Shown: positions 42,908 to 52,179, counted from the first letter of the stretch. The stretch is DNA of 58,575 nt from Candidatus Altiarchaeota archaeon (GCA_030609775.1 JAUWTD010000001.1:1-58575), one strand, 5' to 3'. The notes: a model not told the origin generated them from the letters alone. Numbers and translations are program-made.

Positions 42908-43492
42908 ATGAATAGAATGAATTTTATGAAAAAATTCCGGGATCTTCCAATAGAAGAGAAAATAATTCTTTTCACCTTATTAACCTTCATACTTCTTAGT
43001 ATCGGCTTTTTGTTTGAATTAGATGCTATCAGAGAACTATTAAAAAAATATGGGATCAGTGGCTTATTCTTTGTGTCAGTTATAGGGTCTACAATTTTTC
43101 TGGTTTTCCCAATAGAGGGCGTATTCCCTTTCTTTTTGGCAGCAGATATCGAGCCGGCAATAATAGTAGGTATTGCAACAATCGGGTCCCTGATTGGAAC
43201 AAGCATCAATTACGGCCTAGGTTTTGTAGGCTCAGGGATCATAGAAAAAAAAATAGACCATGAAAAAATGGAGTCTGCCAGAAAAATGATGAACAAATAC
43301 GGATGGATAGGCCTCTTCTTGGTAATAGCCATACCCTCACCCATACCAATACCCATTGATCCGATAACAGTCCTACCCGGGATTATGAGAATGAATTATA
43401 TAGAGTTTATTATAACAGTAGCCGCTGCAAAAATTGCGAAGTTTACATTATATGTCGCAATATTTCTAGGGATCATCGGAAGCTTATTCTAG
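42908..43492 (+). CDS. VTT/YqaA (SNARE-associated, DedA-like) membrane protein
   Basis: ATIGSLIG..INY.LG, KYGW.GLF, PIPID...V.PG..RM. Confidence 0.82.
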   Translation: MNRMNFMKKFRDLPIEEKIILFTLLTFILLSIGFLFELDAIRELLKKYGISGLFFVSVIGSTIFLVFPIEGVFPFFLAADIEPAIIVGIATIGSLIGTSINYGLGFVGSGIIEKKIDHEKMESARKMMNKYGWIGLFLVIAIPSPIPIPIDPITVLPGIMRMNYIEFIITVAAAKIAKFTLYVAIFLGIIGSLF

Positions 43493-43523
43493 ATTATTTA
43501 CGCTTGCATCCAAATAGATTAAC

Positions 43524-44003
43524 ATGATCCCTAAAAAAATAACTGCAATCGCCGTAGGGTCAATACTCTACGCATCATTAAACTGGATAATAGTCTTAGG
43601 GCCAATCATAGCAGGGTTTGCTTCCGGATGGATCCTCAAAGATAAAAAAATAAAAAACGGATTCAATACAGGTGTTACATCAGCCCTGCTTGGTTTCTTA
43701 ATCATCATAGGGTTCATGGATGTAACCGGCATAGAAATCACCAGCTTCACAGATGCCTTAGTCTTCTGGATGTTCATAGCATGGAATCTTCTAGGTTTCA
43801 TTCTATGTGGAATCGGAGGAGCATTAGCTTCAATGTTTGTCGAACCCATAATATTATTTAAGGAACTTAGAAAACCCAAAAGAGAAGAAACCGGGGATGA
43901 AGAGATTACCGGAGAAACATATGTTATCTGCCCAGCCTGCGGATACAGCAACCTAGAACAAGATGAATACTGCAGATCCTGCAAAACAAACATTATGGAA
44001 TGA
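43524..44003 (+). CDS. DUF5518-like membrane protein with C-terminal zinc ribbon
   Basis: LGPIIAGF.SG, G.IGG; CPACG.SN....EYCRSC. Confidence 0.7.
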   Translation: MIPKKITAIAVGSILYASLNWIIVLGPIIAGFASGWILKDKKIKNGFNTGVTSALLGFLIIIGFMDVTGIEITSFTDALVFWMFIAWNLLGFILCGIGGALASMFVEPIILFKELRKPKREETGDEEITGETYVICPACGYSNLEQDEYCRSCKTNIME

Positions 44004-44613
44004 AATCGATGTAAAAGAAGAATGGGTAGGGCTCCCCGGAAAAAAACCTAACCCCTTAGCTAAGGCCTTAAAAGATAACCTCATACTGCTTGAAATCTGT
44101 ATACTATCCTTTGCGATAGGTGTTGTACCAGGATATATCATGTTCGATGAAAGCTCAGCAATGATGAATCCCATAATAGAGAACATCAAAAACGAGATCG
44201 GCTTAGATAGATCAGGCTTTAATCTTGCTGTTAAAATATTCTTCAACAACACAAGAGCAAGCCTCATAATGCTTGTGAGCGGAACTCTGCTCTTTGTCCC
44301 GCTCCTTATCCTGATGGTTAACGGATTTTTCATGGGTTTCGTCCTCAAGGCTTTCCTCAACAAAGGACACAGTATTCTTGCATTTATATTGGGCATCCTC
44401 CCCCACGGAATATTTGAGTTACCTGCAATATTCTTGTCCGCTGCATTAGGCATCAGGATAGGCTTATCCTACATACTCCCAAAAAACAACCGAATCATAG
44501 AAGTAAGCAATAGCATAAAAACAGCAGCAAGAGTCTATGCTATGCTAGTGCTCCCTCTTCTGCTTCTATCAGCGTTCATAGAAGCATATATCTCAATAAT
44601 GCTGATTTCATAA
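43963..44613 (+). CDS. SpoIIM-family membrane protein
   Basis: IFFNN, NGFFMG, GILPHGIFELPA, SAFIEAYIS; start uncertain. Confidence 0.87.
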   Translation: MNTADPAKQTLWNEIDVKEEWVGLPGKKPNPLAKALKDNLILLEICILSFAIGVVPGYIMFDESSAMMNPIIENIKNEIGLDRSGFNLAVKIFFNNTRASLIMLVSGTLLFVPLLILMVNGFFMGFVLKAFLNKGHSILAFILGILPHGIFELPAIFLSAALGIRIGLSYILPKNNRIIEVSNSIKTAARVYAMLVLPLLLLSAFIEAYISIMLIS

Positions 44614-44682
44614 ACCGCCCAAAAAAAAAATATTTTTTATTTGCCCGAACCAATAGAATAAATAAAAAAAAAAATCCTGAAA

Positions 44683-45096
44683 ATGGAAATAAACGGAGAT
44701 AAAACCCAAAGAAAGAAAAACAAAGGTAAAATGCTCCCCCCAAGAAAACTAAAAGACATAAAAACAGAGGTAGGTGAAGACACACATACCCTACTTAAGA
44801 ATATCAAAGTTCCAGAAGAACAAAACACAAAAATCAGTCAGAAGACACAGCAAACATCTTTAAGGGTAGGAAACCCTGCAAAAAAACAAGAACAAAAAAA
44901 GAAACACCAAAAAGAAGATATCCCTGAATCAAAGATAATAAACGTCAAAAATATTCCAGACACAAACCAGCTAACAGAAGTCAAAGATTTTAATGAACTC
45001 AAAAAGATAGAAAAAACATTCAAATTCATCAACTGCTATGAAGATAAAATACAGAAAATATATTTTGTAGGTAATTACTTCTACAGGATAAGATAG
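44683..45096 (+). CDS. Hypothetical Lys-rich protein
   Basis: 137-aa ORF ending 6 bp before the next co-oriented gene. Confidence 0.55.
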   Translation: MEINGDKTQRKKNKGKMLPPRKLKDIKTEVGEDTHTLLKNIKVPEEQNTKISQKTQQTSLRVGNPAKKQEQKKKHQKEDIPESKIINVKNIPDTNQLTEVKDFNELKKIEKTFKFINCYEDKIQKIYFVGNYFYRIR

Positions 45097-45102
45097 GCGA
45101 CT

Positions 45103-45552
45103 ATGAAAAACAATATGCTTACTATAGGGCTGATCTGCCTAATATTGTTAAACACCGGATGCATAGACAGAGAACAGTTAATAGACTATATGAGGGGCAG
45201 AGAACCTCTTCCTGAGTCAACAACGAAAACAACAACCACAATAGCCACAACAACATCATCTACAATAATCGAAGAAACAACCACAACATCAACCGCATCA
45301 ACAACTACATCAACCACAACAACACTCTTCAAGGATGCGATATGTGAAGGAAAATGGGGCCAAGTCGACAAAGACCGATGTTACCTGAATCTTGCAAACG
45401 AAAAGATGGATTCAACCATATGCGAACGAATAAAACAAAAAAGCCAGATAGATGACTGCTACTATGGAGTAGCCCTTATAACAGAAAACCGTACACTCTG
45501 CAACAAGATATTAGAAGACCGCCAAAGAGAACGCTGCTTTGAGTTCCTGTAA
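45103..45552 (+). CDS. Lipoprotein with Thr stalk and 26-aa Cys repeats
   Basis: NTGC lipobox-like; C..I.....D.CY...A......C repeats. Confidence 0.78.
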   Translation: MKNNMLTIGLICLILLNTGCIDREQLIDYMRGREPLPESTTKTTTTIATTTSSTIIEETTTTSTASTTTSTTTTLFKDAICEGKWGQVDKDRCYLNLANEKMDSTICERIKQKSQIDDCYYGVALITENRTLCNKILEDRQRERCFEFL

Positions 45553-45561
45553 AAAAAAAAA

Positions 45562-46059
45562 CTACCGAATCTTTGAAACAACAAGATAACATCGATCCTG
45601 CGTATCTTCACAAACTATTTTTTCACATAATAAAATATCGTCTCCAGATTGCGCAACACTTAGATAACAGCTGTCTCGATAAAAATCATCCTGGATTCGT
45701 TCACATATCTTGGAATTAAGCCCAGCTACCGCAACCAAAACATAGCATTCCTCCAGATTATCCGGTTCAACTAAATCACAGACGTTTAGGTCTTTCTTTG
45801 CTGCGGCAACACCAAAATAACACCAATCTCTCTGCCTGACATCATTTAAGCTACTGCAGGTTTTAGTATCCCCCATAGTGTTCCCAACACGAACATAACA
45901 CCACTTCGCCATAGACTCCAGTTGAATCTTATCACAGACTGACACATCCCCTTGCCTCACAGCGGCACTGAATCGATCATAATCCACATCACTTCCACGG
46001 TCTACGCAGCCACTAAATAAAAGCATGAAAACAACTACAAAGATATAATGTTTTCTCAT
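45562..46059 (-). CDS. Lipoprotein with five ~26-aa Cys repeats
   Basis: FSGC lipobox; repeated C..I......D.CY..VA......C. Confidence 0.8.
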   Translation of the reverse strand: MRKHYIFVVVFMLLFSGCVDRGSDVDYDRFSAAVRQGDVSVCDKIQLESMAKWCYVRVGNTMGDTKTCSSLNDVRQRDWCYFGVAAAKKDLNVCDLVEPDNLEECYVLVAVAGLNSKICERIQDDFYRDSCYLSVAQSGDDILLCEKIVCEDTQDRCYLVVSKIR

Positions 46060-46094
46060 AGTAAGATATGGGATAGATTAATAAATAAAAAAAG

Positions 46095-46310
46095 CTATTT
46101 AACCTCTTCTCCCTGCTCAATAGAGTAATCCTTGCTCAGATCCTCTTTATCCTCTTTTTTAAAGATTTTATAGTAGAGGCCGACAATTGGTTCAAGCAAA
46201 AAATCAGAGACACCAACCAATAAACCAAAAACACTTAAAAAAGAACCAATCAAGAAAAAAAGAAGGGAAAAAAGAATAAGGAGAAATAGCCCTAACAAAA
46301 CCTCATCCAT
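46095..46310 (-). CDS. Small membrane protein
   Basis: Hydrophobic N-half, acidic tail; 6 bp after the upstream stop. Confidence 0.6.
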   Translation of the reverse strand: MDEVLLGLFLLILFSLLFFLIGSFLSVFGLLVGVSDFLLEPIVGLYYKIFKKEDKEDLSKDYSIEQGEEVK

Positions 46311-46316
46311 TTTTAA

Positions 46317-47006
46317 CTATCTTTTAGCTGGAAGATAGGGTATCAGCCTCCCTGCAAGATTAGGTAAAGGCATTGACTGCAGCCACACGTTTCCAGGTCC
46401 GCGCAGGTCTGCGAGAAATAAACCTTCTCCGCCAAAAAACATGTTTTTTACTCCTTTAATGCGGGTGATATCAAAGTTCACTGAAGGCTCCAATAACGCA
46501 ATATGTCCCGGATCAACCTTCAATACCTGACCCTCTTTTAGAGTGTACTTTGTAATCTCACCTGCAAGCTCCATAAACACCACTCCTGGACCTGTGACCT
46601 TCTGCATTATAAATCCTTCCCCTCCAAACAATCCTGCGCCGAGTTTTTTCCTTAAATGTATTTCGAGTTTAACTGAGGATTCCGCGCACATGAAAGCATC
46701 TCTTTGAGCTATAATTGTTTGGCCTTCAGCTAACTTCATATCTATGATCTTGCCGGGGAACTCGTTTGCAAACGCAATCATGCCCGTGCCGCTATTACAT
46801 GTATACGTAGTCATAAACAAGGATTCTCCTGCAAGCATCCTGCCTAAACCCTTCACAATACCGCCTTTAGTATCGGTCGCCATACTAATATTAGAAGACA
46901 TCCAGGACATGCCGCCTGACTCAGTATAAACCGATTCTCCTTCCGAAAGCTCAACATCAACAACCTGCAACGTCGTACCTCTTATCTTATACTTCATTTT
47001 TAGCAC
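46317..47006 (-). CDS. TIGR00266/AIM24 family protein
   Basis: E.G.M.WMS, R.LAGESLF, GLFGGEGF..QK..G.G, FFGGEGLF...L.GPG.VWLQS. Confidence 0.92.
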   Translation of the reverse strand: MLKMKYKIRGTTLQVVDVELSEGESVYTESGGMSWMSSNISMATDTKGGIVKGLGRMLAGESLFMTTYTCNSGTGMIAFANEFPGKIIDMKLAEGQTIIAQRDAFMCAESSVKLEIHLRKKLGAGLFGGEGFIMQKVTGPGVVFMELAGEITKYTLKEGQVLKVDPGHIALLEPSVNFDITRIKGVKNMFFGGEGLFLADLRGPGNVWLQSMPLPNLAGRLIPYLPAKR

Positions 47007-47137
47007 ACCAATTATCGTATTATCTAGAATAAAGACCTATCACCTATATAAATACAAATATATGTCTTCGGGCATATCAAGAATTATTTATAAGGTTGAA
47101 GGCCATAAGTAAATGAAATAGATTATAGTAAATTATA

Positions 47138-47722
47138 ATGAAAAAACTAATTGTTGTTGCCCTGCTTTTATTGGTTTGCGGATGCATAGGAGAAGAAAAA
47201 ATCGTATGCAATAAACCCTACATACAGGTCGGAAGGGATTGTTGCCTGGATACAAACGATAATAGGATATGTGATATACACGAGGCAACCACCCCAACCC
47301 CAACCACAACAACCACAACCACCACAACAACCACAACAACCACAACAACCACAACAACCACAACAACTACTTTAGGGATTCCTGAATCCTGCCTGGATGC
47401 ATTCAAGATAGTAAAGGAACACCCATACATTGATTCACTAGTTGAAGACAATAGATGTGATCCCTTCACATGGGATAGGGTTGGTCCGATGATCCGATTA
47501 AAGGATTGGACAATTGTTGAGTGCTCAGAGGGAGGAGTAGATAAGGATTTTTGTATGGACTCTCAAATAGGTGAAAAAGCAGGTGAAAGCGAAAAAGACG
47601 ATATAAGGAGGCTGTTTGGAAGAGAACTAGGAGACTTCTATGTCTTCACATACCAATGTGATATCATATCGCGTTTTACATTATTTTTGGATTCAGATAC
47701 TTTAGAGATGGCCAACCTTTAG
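47138..47722 (+). CDS. Lipoprotein, paralog A (long poly-Thr)
   Basis: VCGC lipobox; CNKPYI..G..CCLD.ND..ICD module. Confidence 0.8.
   Translation: MKKLIVVALLLLVCGCIGEEKIVCNKPYIQVGRDCCLDTNDNRICDIHEATTPTPTTTTTTTTTTTTTTTTTTTTTTTLGIPESCLDAFKIVKEHPYIDSLVEDNRCDPFTWDRVGPMIRLKDWTIVECSEGGVDKDFCMDSQIGEKAGESEKDDIRRLFGRELGDFYVFTYQCDIISRFTLFLDSDTLEMANL
47303..47371 (+). repeat. (accacaaca)n microsatellite encoding poly-Thr
   Basis: Five perfect 9-bp units at 47321-47365 plus variant units. Confidence 0.85.
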
Positions 47723-47761
47723 ATGAGGGGGGGAAAATAATTCACCAAAAAAAAAAATAAG

Positions 47762-48283
47762 ATGAAAAAATTAGTTGTTGTTGCTCTGCTTTTATTAGTC
47801 TGCGGATGCATAGGAGAAGAAAAAATCGTATGCAATAAACCCTACATACACGTTGGCAGCAATTGTTGCCTGGATATAAACGATAATATGATATGTGATA
47901 TAGATGAGGCAACCACTACAACCATACATGATATGCCCAAATCCTTCCAGGAGGTATTTAGAATAGTAAAGGAACACCCAGATATTGAGTTAATAGTTGA
48001 AGACTATGGCTGCGACCCCTTCACATGGGATAGGGTTGGCCCGATGATACGGATAAAGGATTGGAAGGCGGTTGAGTGCTCAGACGGAGGCTCAGACGAA
48101 GATTTTTGCAGCGACTTTACAAAAGGAGACGACGCAGGTGAAAACGAAAAAGATGACATAGAAAAACTGTTTGGAAGAGAACTTGAAGACTTCTATGCCT
48201 TCAGATACCTATGCAAGGAGAGAGTGGAACTGGTAGTATTCCTAGACCCCTCTACAGGAGAAATAGCCACATTGAGACAATAA
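47762..48283 (+). CDS. Lipoprotein, paralog B (short Thr linker)
   Basis: N-terminus and CDPFTWDRVGPMIR block nearly identical to paralog A. Confidence 0.8.
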   Translation: MKKLVVVALLLLVCGCIGEEKIVCNKPYIHVGSNCCLDINDNMICDIDEATTTTIHDMPKSFQEVFRIVKEHPDIELIVEDYGCDPFTWDRVGPMIRIKDWKAVECSDGGSDEDFCSDFTKGDDAGENEKDDIEKLFGRELEDFYAFRYLCKERVELVVFLDPSTGEIATLRQ

Positions 48284-48519
48284 ATTCCACAATTGCAGAG
48301 TAAGAGATTACCCACAAAAAAAAAAAAATGTAAACAGATCATAAACACAACATACAACCAATCATCGCCAAGGCTTGATGACACCAAAATATAAAAAAAA
48401 AGGTTAGTGTAAACAGATAGTATCATCGTTAACGTTTGATGACACCTAAAATAAAACAGAATAATAGAAAAACTGTTGCAGTGGGGCTAAGCGACAGCGT
48501 ACGCCCCACCTGTTTTGAT

Positions 48520-48540
48520 CAAACTTTTCTTAAAAGTTTG
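48520..48540. terminator. Hairpin abutting the tRNA 3' end
   Basis: CAAACTTTT-CTT-AAAAGTTTG perfect 9-bp stem; a second hairpin GTGGGGC...GCCCCAC at 48481-48509. Confidence 0.4.
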
Positions 48541-48622
48541 CGGGGGAAGGGATTCGAACCCTCGAAGGTCTACACCACAGGATCTTAAGTCCTGCCCCTT
48601 TGGCCAGCTAGGGTACCCCCGC
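48539..48622 (-). tRNA. tRNA-Leu (TAA), 84 nt, no encoded CCA, no intron
   Basis: GCGGGGG acceptor stem, CAGGA-CT TAA GA-TCCTG anticodon arm, long variable arm, GAGGG-TTCGAAT-CCCTT T-arm, discriminator A. Confidence 0.96.
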
Positions 48623-48702
48623 AAAAGAGGAAATTGAATTTTTTTTTGATTGAATGTGATTTGTTTTGGGGATGCAACACCTTTTTCTAAAGGGGGTTGC
48701 AA

Positions 48703-48736
48703 TCCAGCCCCTTTGGTCAGCTAGGGTACCCCCGCA
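48703..48736 (-). repeat. Duplicated 5' portion of tRNA-Leu
   Basis: 32/34 identity to 48590-48623; followed on the minus strand by a hairpin at 48671-48704. Confidence 0.88.
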
Positions 48737-48971
48737 ACCCGCGAAATCGGTTGACGTTTTGTGTCCGTCTTTGCCTTTTGGCTCGACAAGACTGTTTTCG
48801 AGGTTGTGTTCTTATAATATAGAGTTCGCATTAAAAAACGGGGAAACAAGAGCAGGGAGGCATGAAATCTGCGGCTTTAGTTCACCTGTTTTTCTGAGTA
48901 GAATATATCAGAGAAGATGATCGAAAAGGAGAGATAAAGATAGGGAAAAGAATCTCTGCAATTCAACTCAC

Positions 48972-49029
48972 TGCTCCGGGAGATGGCCGGAGAGTGGGAG
49001 GGCTATGGTCTCGACGGCGAGGATGAGAA
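48972..49029 (+). repeat. Degenerate direct repeat A1 (left of the AbiE pair)
   Basis: 45/58 identity to 50747-50803 by manual alignment. Confidence 0.7.
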
Positions 49030-49133
49030 GGCAGGTAATGAGTGGGGTGGGGGATGGATGAATGAATAAAGGCAAGTTATATACTTGTAATTTAAATTAT
49101 ATGTATATACATTTTATATACTTATGATTTAAA

Positions 49134-49763
49134 ATGAGTTACGCCTTGTTAGTCAAGAAAATAGAACGAATGGGGGGAAAATACCTCACCCGAAAAGAGC
49201 TGAAATCGTTCACAGACGAATTAGGTTTAGGTTATCGTCCAGCCATAGGCTACCTGAACACATACAAATACATTATAAGGATTATTCGAGGGATTTTTTA
49301 CGTCAAAACCATTGAAGAACGAAAACTAGATGCTCTGAAGATAAATTATCTCGAAGCCATAAAGGAGGCTTTAATTATGAAGAAGGTTAGTAACTGGTAT
49401 TTCGGACTCGAAACAGCATCCTCCCTAAATAATCTAACCCACGAATACATTCCAACAACATCTGTTATATCTGATACCCTCGGCAGGCCTAAACCATTTG
49501 AGATATTGGGCCATAAAGTCAAGTTCATAAAAGTGTCAAAGAATCTCTTCGGTTTTGGGGTTGTTAAGGGAGATATTCCCTACTCCGACCCAGAGAAAAC
49601 AGTCCTTGACATGATATACCTCGGCAAATACAATAGTCTAACAGAAGCAGAGATAATAGGCAAGATCGCTGACTTGACAAAATATTGCTCCAAAGAAAAA
49701 ATGGAAGCCTATGCCGACAAGTATCCGAAGTCGGTGAAAAAGGTTTTGGAGAAGCTAAAGTGA
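49134..49763 (+). CDS. AbiEi-like type IV antitoxin / transcriptional regulator
   Basis: wHTH N-terminus (RI.RGIFY), YFGLETA, YSDPEKTVLD. Confidence 0.8.
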   Translation: MSYALLVKKIERMGGKYLTRKELKSFTDELGLGYRPAIGYLNTYKYIIRIIRGIFYVKTIEERKLDALKINYLEAIKEALIMKKVSNWYFGLETASSLNNLTHEYIPTTSVISDTLGRPKPFEILGHKVKFIKVSKNLFGFGVVKGDIPYSDPEKTVLDMIYLGKYNSLTEAEIIGKIADLTKYCSKEKMEAYADKYPKSVKKVLEKLK

Positions 49764-50683
49764 AAGTAACAAAAGAACTGGTTGATTATCTGGCAAGTAA
49801 GGCAGACGTCAAACAGAGGGAGCTGATAGAAAAAGACGCATACCTCCACCTGCTATTGAAAGAATTAAACTCAGACGACCACTTCAGGAACAATTACGTG
49901 TTTAAGGGTGGAACCTGCCTAATAAAGTGCTATATAGGCTACTATCGGTTCAGCGAAGACCTTGATTTCAGCTACATACGACAAGAAGATTTCAAAGACA
50001 AATCCGAAAAAAAGATACGGAAACAATTATCTGAGGAAATAGGTGAGTTCACAAGGAAACTGGAGAGAATAACCGATAGAATAGGTATCGACTTCAAGGC
50101 GCACAAGGAAGACCCCCACTACATTGAATTCGGCGGCAGCAACAAGTTCGTCACATTCAAATTATGGTACACCTCCATTGAACTGAAAACCACACAGTTC
50201 ATAAAGATACAAGTCAACTACGTTGAAAAATTCAATTATGCATTCAAAACCGTGGAGGCGAAAAACATCCTCACAGGAATAGATGCCAAGGAATTCAGGT
50301 TCCTGTACCCGGAAGCTGCAGAAACCCTGCTGAAAAACCCTAAGGTCAAAGCATATGATATAAGAGAGATACTAGCCGAAAAAGTAAGAGCCATTCTCAC
50401 AAGACAAGGAATAAAAACCAGGGATTACGTCGACATTTACATGATACAGGAACACACCGAATTCAAGCCAGACGAGATGAAAAACACGATACTTGAAAAA
50501 ACAGAGTTCATGCTCAGATACGAAAAATACCAGAGGAACCTGCTAAAAAAAGTCGAAGAAGAACCAAAATACCGGCCTGGCGAAGAAGAAAGACTGATGA
50601 TCAAACCACTGGATAAATACTTCCCTCATAAAACAAAGAAACTAGAAAAACTCATACATGAACTCGCAAACCAACTGGTGTAA
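49760..50683 (+). CDS. AbiEii-like nucleotidyltransferase toxin (DUF1814)
   Basis: IEKD, FKGGTCL, RFSEDLDF, AEKVRA..R...RD..D; GTG start overlapping the AbiEi stop (GTGA). Confidence 0.9.
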   Translation: MKVTKELVDYLASKADVKQRELIEKDAYLHLLLKELNSDDHFRNNYVFKGGTCLIKCYIGYYRFSEDLDFSYIRQEDFKDKSEKKIRKQLSEEIGEFTRKLERITDRIGIDFKAHKEDPHYIEFGGSNKFVTFKLWYTSIELKTTQFIKIQVNYVEKFNYAFKTVEAKNILTGIDAKEFRFLYPEAAETLLKNPKVKAYDIREILAEKVRAILTRQGIKTRDYVDIYMIQEHTEFKPDEMKNTILEKTEFMLRYEKYQRNLLKKVEEEPKYRPGEEERLMIKPLDKYFPHKTKKLEKLIHELANQLV

Positions 50684-50746
50684 AACATCCAGTTACCCTA
50701 ACACACAGTGGAAACCTTAGCAGTAAAGCCTCGCCTTTTAGTATGA

Positions 50747-50803
50747 TGCTTCAGAAGATGGCAGGCGAATGGCAGGCCATGACCACGACAGCGAGGATGA
50801 GAA
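50747..50803 (+). repeat. Degenerate direct repeat A2 (right of the AbiE pair)
   Basis: Partner of 48972-49029. Confidence 0.7.
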
Positions 50804-50905
50804 AACATACAAGGGGGGATAATGGAAAAGGAGAAGGAAAGGGAAATAATGAGGCTTGAAAGACTATAGAGGGAGCAGTATCTGAGATAGATCGACTTAG
50901 GGTTA

Positions 50906-51394
50906 TTAATGGATGTTTTTGATTCTTTTCTGCAGGTCTTCTCTGATATCTTGTGTCTCTTTTTCAGTTATTTCAGCGAGGATCGTTTTGCATTTCAAAT
51001 GGAAGTCCAAAGCGGCATCAGTCATCTCTTCGCGTGTTTTGTCGTCTAAGCCGGTCTCACAATAGTATTGAGCCTCTATTCGAGCAGAGCAGGAGTCTTC
51101 AAGAAGCCTTATCTCGTCAGCGGTGAAGTGTTTGCTCAGGTAGACCTGCATAAATTCCAACGTACAGGAATGTATCTCACATTTGACGCCCAACCTCATG
51201 AGTATCGCATACAAGCTAAAATACATCGCGTAGTAGCTGGATGATATCTCCCATTCCGGATTATCTGCGTTGGCTCGCATAGACGCAAGAGCATTCTCCG
51301 CCTTTACGAGATACGCACGGCTCAGGTTTTCACTTAATTTCACAAGCTCCATGCCCCTCTTCTGCCTCAGACACCACCGTATCTTATCTGCCAT
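50906..51394 (-). CDS. HEPN-domain protein
   Basis: YL.KA...L, SYYAMY.S..A.L..LG....H, R..AQY. Confidence 0.85.
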   Translation of the reverse strand: MADKIRWCLRQKRGMELVKLSENLSRAYLVKAENALASMRANADNPEWEISSSYYAMYFSLYAILMRLGVKCEIHSCTLEFMQVYLSKHFTADEIRLLEDSCSARIEAQYYCETGLDDKTREEMTDAALDFHLKCKTILAEITEKETQDIREDLQKRIKNIH

Positions 51395-51980
51395 AGTAGT
51401 CGCCTAACACAAGCTCCAGGTACTCTTCCGTGCCTCGCAGGATGATGTGATCTGAAACCACCTCCCTGATAAAAATGTCCTTCTCCTTCAACGCCTCCCT
51501 GAAGTTTTCCCTACTCATCTGCTTGACGTTTAAATCCATGCCATAAAGTCTGGCTGCTTCCCTGAGTTTAAGGGCATTATATTCCCCTGCAACGAAGACA
51601 TCCAAGTCAGAATCCTTTTTCTGGATCCCTTTAGCATAACTACCAAACACCATAACTATCCCGCTGAAAAACGAACTTGTCTTGGAGAAGACTTCCTTGA
51701 CCCTAAGGTTCCCTTCCAGAAAACATAGAGTTCGCGCGTTCTCCACACCCAGAAGGAACCGCCGAGTCTTCTCCAGGTCATCGAAGCGGAGCCTGAACTC
51801 CTTATTCTTGCCGACTGTGCTGCTCCTAAGGAAACCCTCATCCTCCAGCCGGTTAAGTACGTTGGAAACAGTTTTCTGATTAAGCCCGCTAGCCTTAGCT
51901 ATGGCGCTGCCATAGTAGCTGCCGCTTAAATCACGTACAAAATGCTCCATCACCTGCAATACAACACCATTAAATAACAT
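51384..51980 (-). CDS. HTH-fused minimal nucleotidyltransferase (MNT) antitoxin
   Basis: wHTH N-terminus; FGSYAKG.....SDLD; overlaps the HEPN start. Confidence 0.87.
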   Translation of the reverse strand: MLFNGVVLQVMEHFVRDLSGSYYGSAIAKASGLNQKTVSNVLNRLEDEGFLRSSTVGKNKEFRLRFDDLEKTRRFLLGVENARTLCFLEGNLRVKEVFSKTSSFFSGIVMVFGSYAKGIQKKDSDLDVFVAGEYNALKLREAARLYGMDLNVKQMSRENFREALKEKDIFIREVVSDHIILRGTEEYLELVLGDYYGR

Positions 51981-52071
51981 CTTACTTACATAAGTATAAG
52001 ATTACTACAATAAAAAAAACAACAACAACCAAAAGGTTAGCATCATACACAATGTTATCATTCAATAAAGC

Positions 52072-52119
52072 GTGAATTGATTCTCGGTCGCGTGTACGGC
52101 AGGGACAGAAGCAGGGTAT
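52072..52119 (+). repeat. Direct repeat B1 (left of the Fic gene)
   Basis: 44/48 identity to 53529-53576. Confidence 0.88.
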
Positions 52120-52179
52120 TTCACTGCAAGATAAAAGAATCTTTTGAAATAAAGAGTGAGAGCGGGCGTAGGAGCGAGG

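Noticed and set aside
42901..43209. 102-aa minus-strand ORF
   Set aside because: Antisense to the VTT-family gene, which has clear family motifs.
48361..48446. C/D box sRNA (TGATGA motifs)
   Set aside because: No suitably placed CTGA box D or D'.
48696..48735. tRNA-Cys (GCA follows CTGGA-TT in the duplicated half)
   Set aside because: No complementary anticodon-stem strand, T-arm or acceptor 3' strand follows; the GCA is part of a separate hairpin.
48487..48920. ORFs 48487-48702 and 48666-48920
   Set aside because: They overlap the tRNA and its partial duplicate; spurious.
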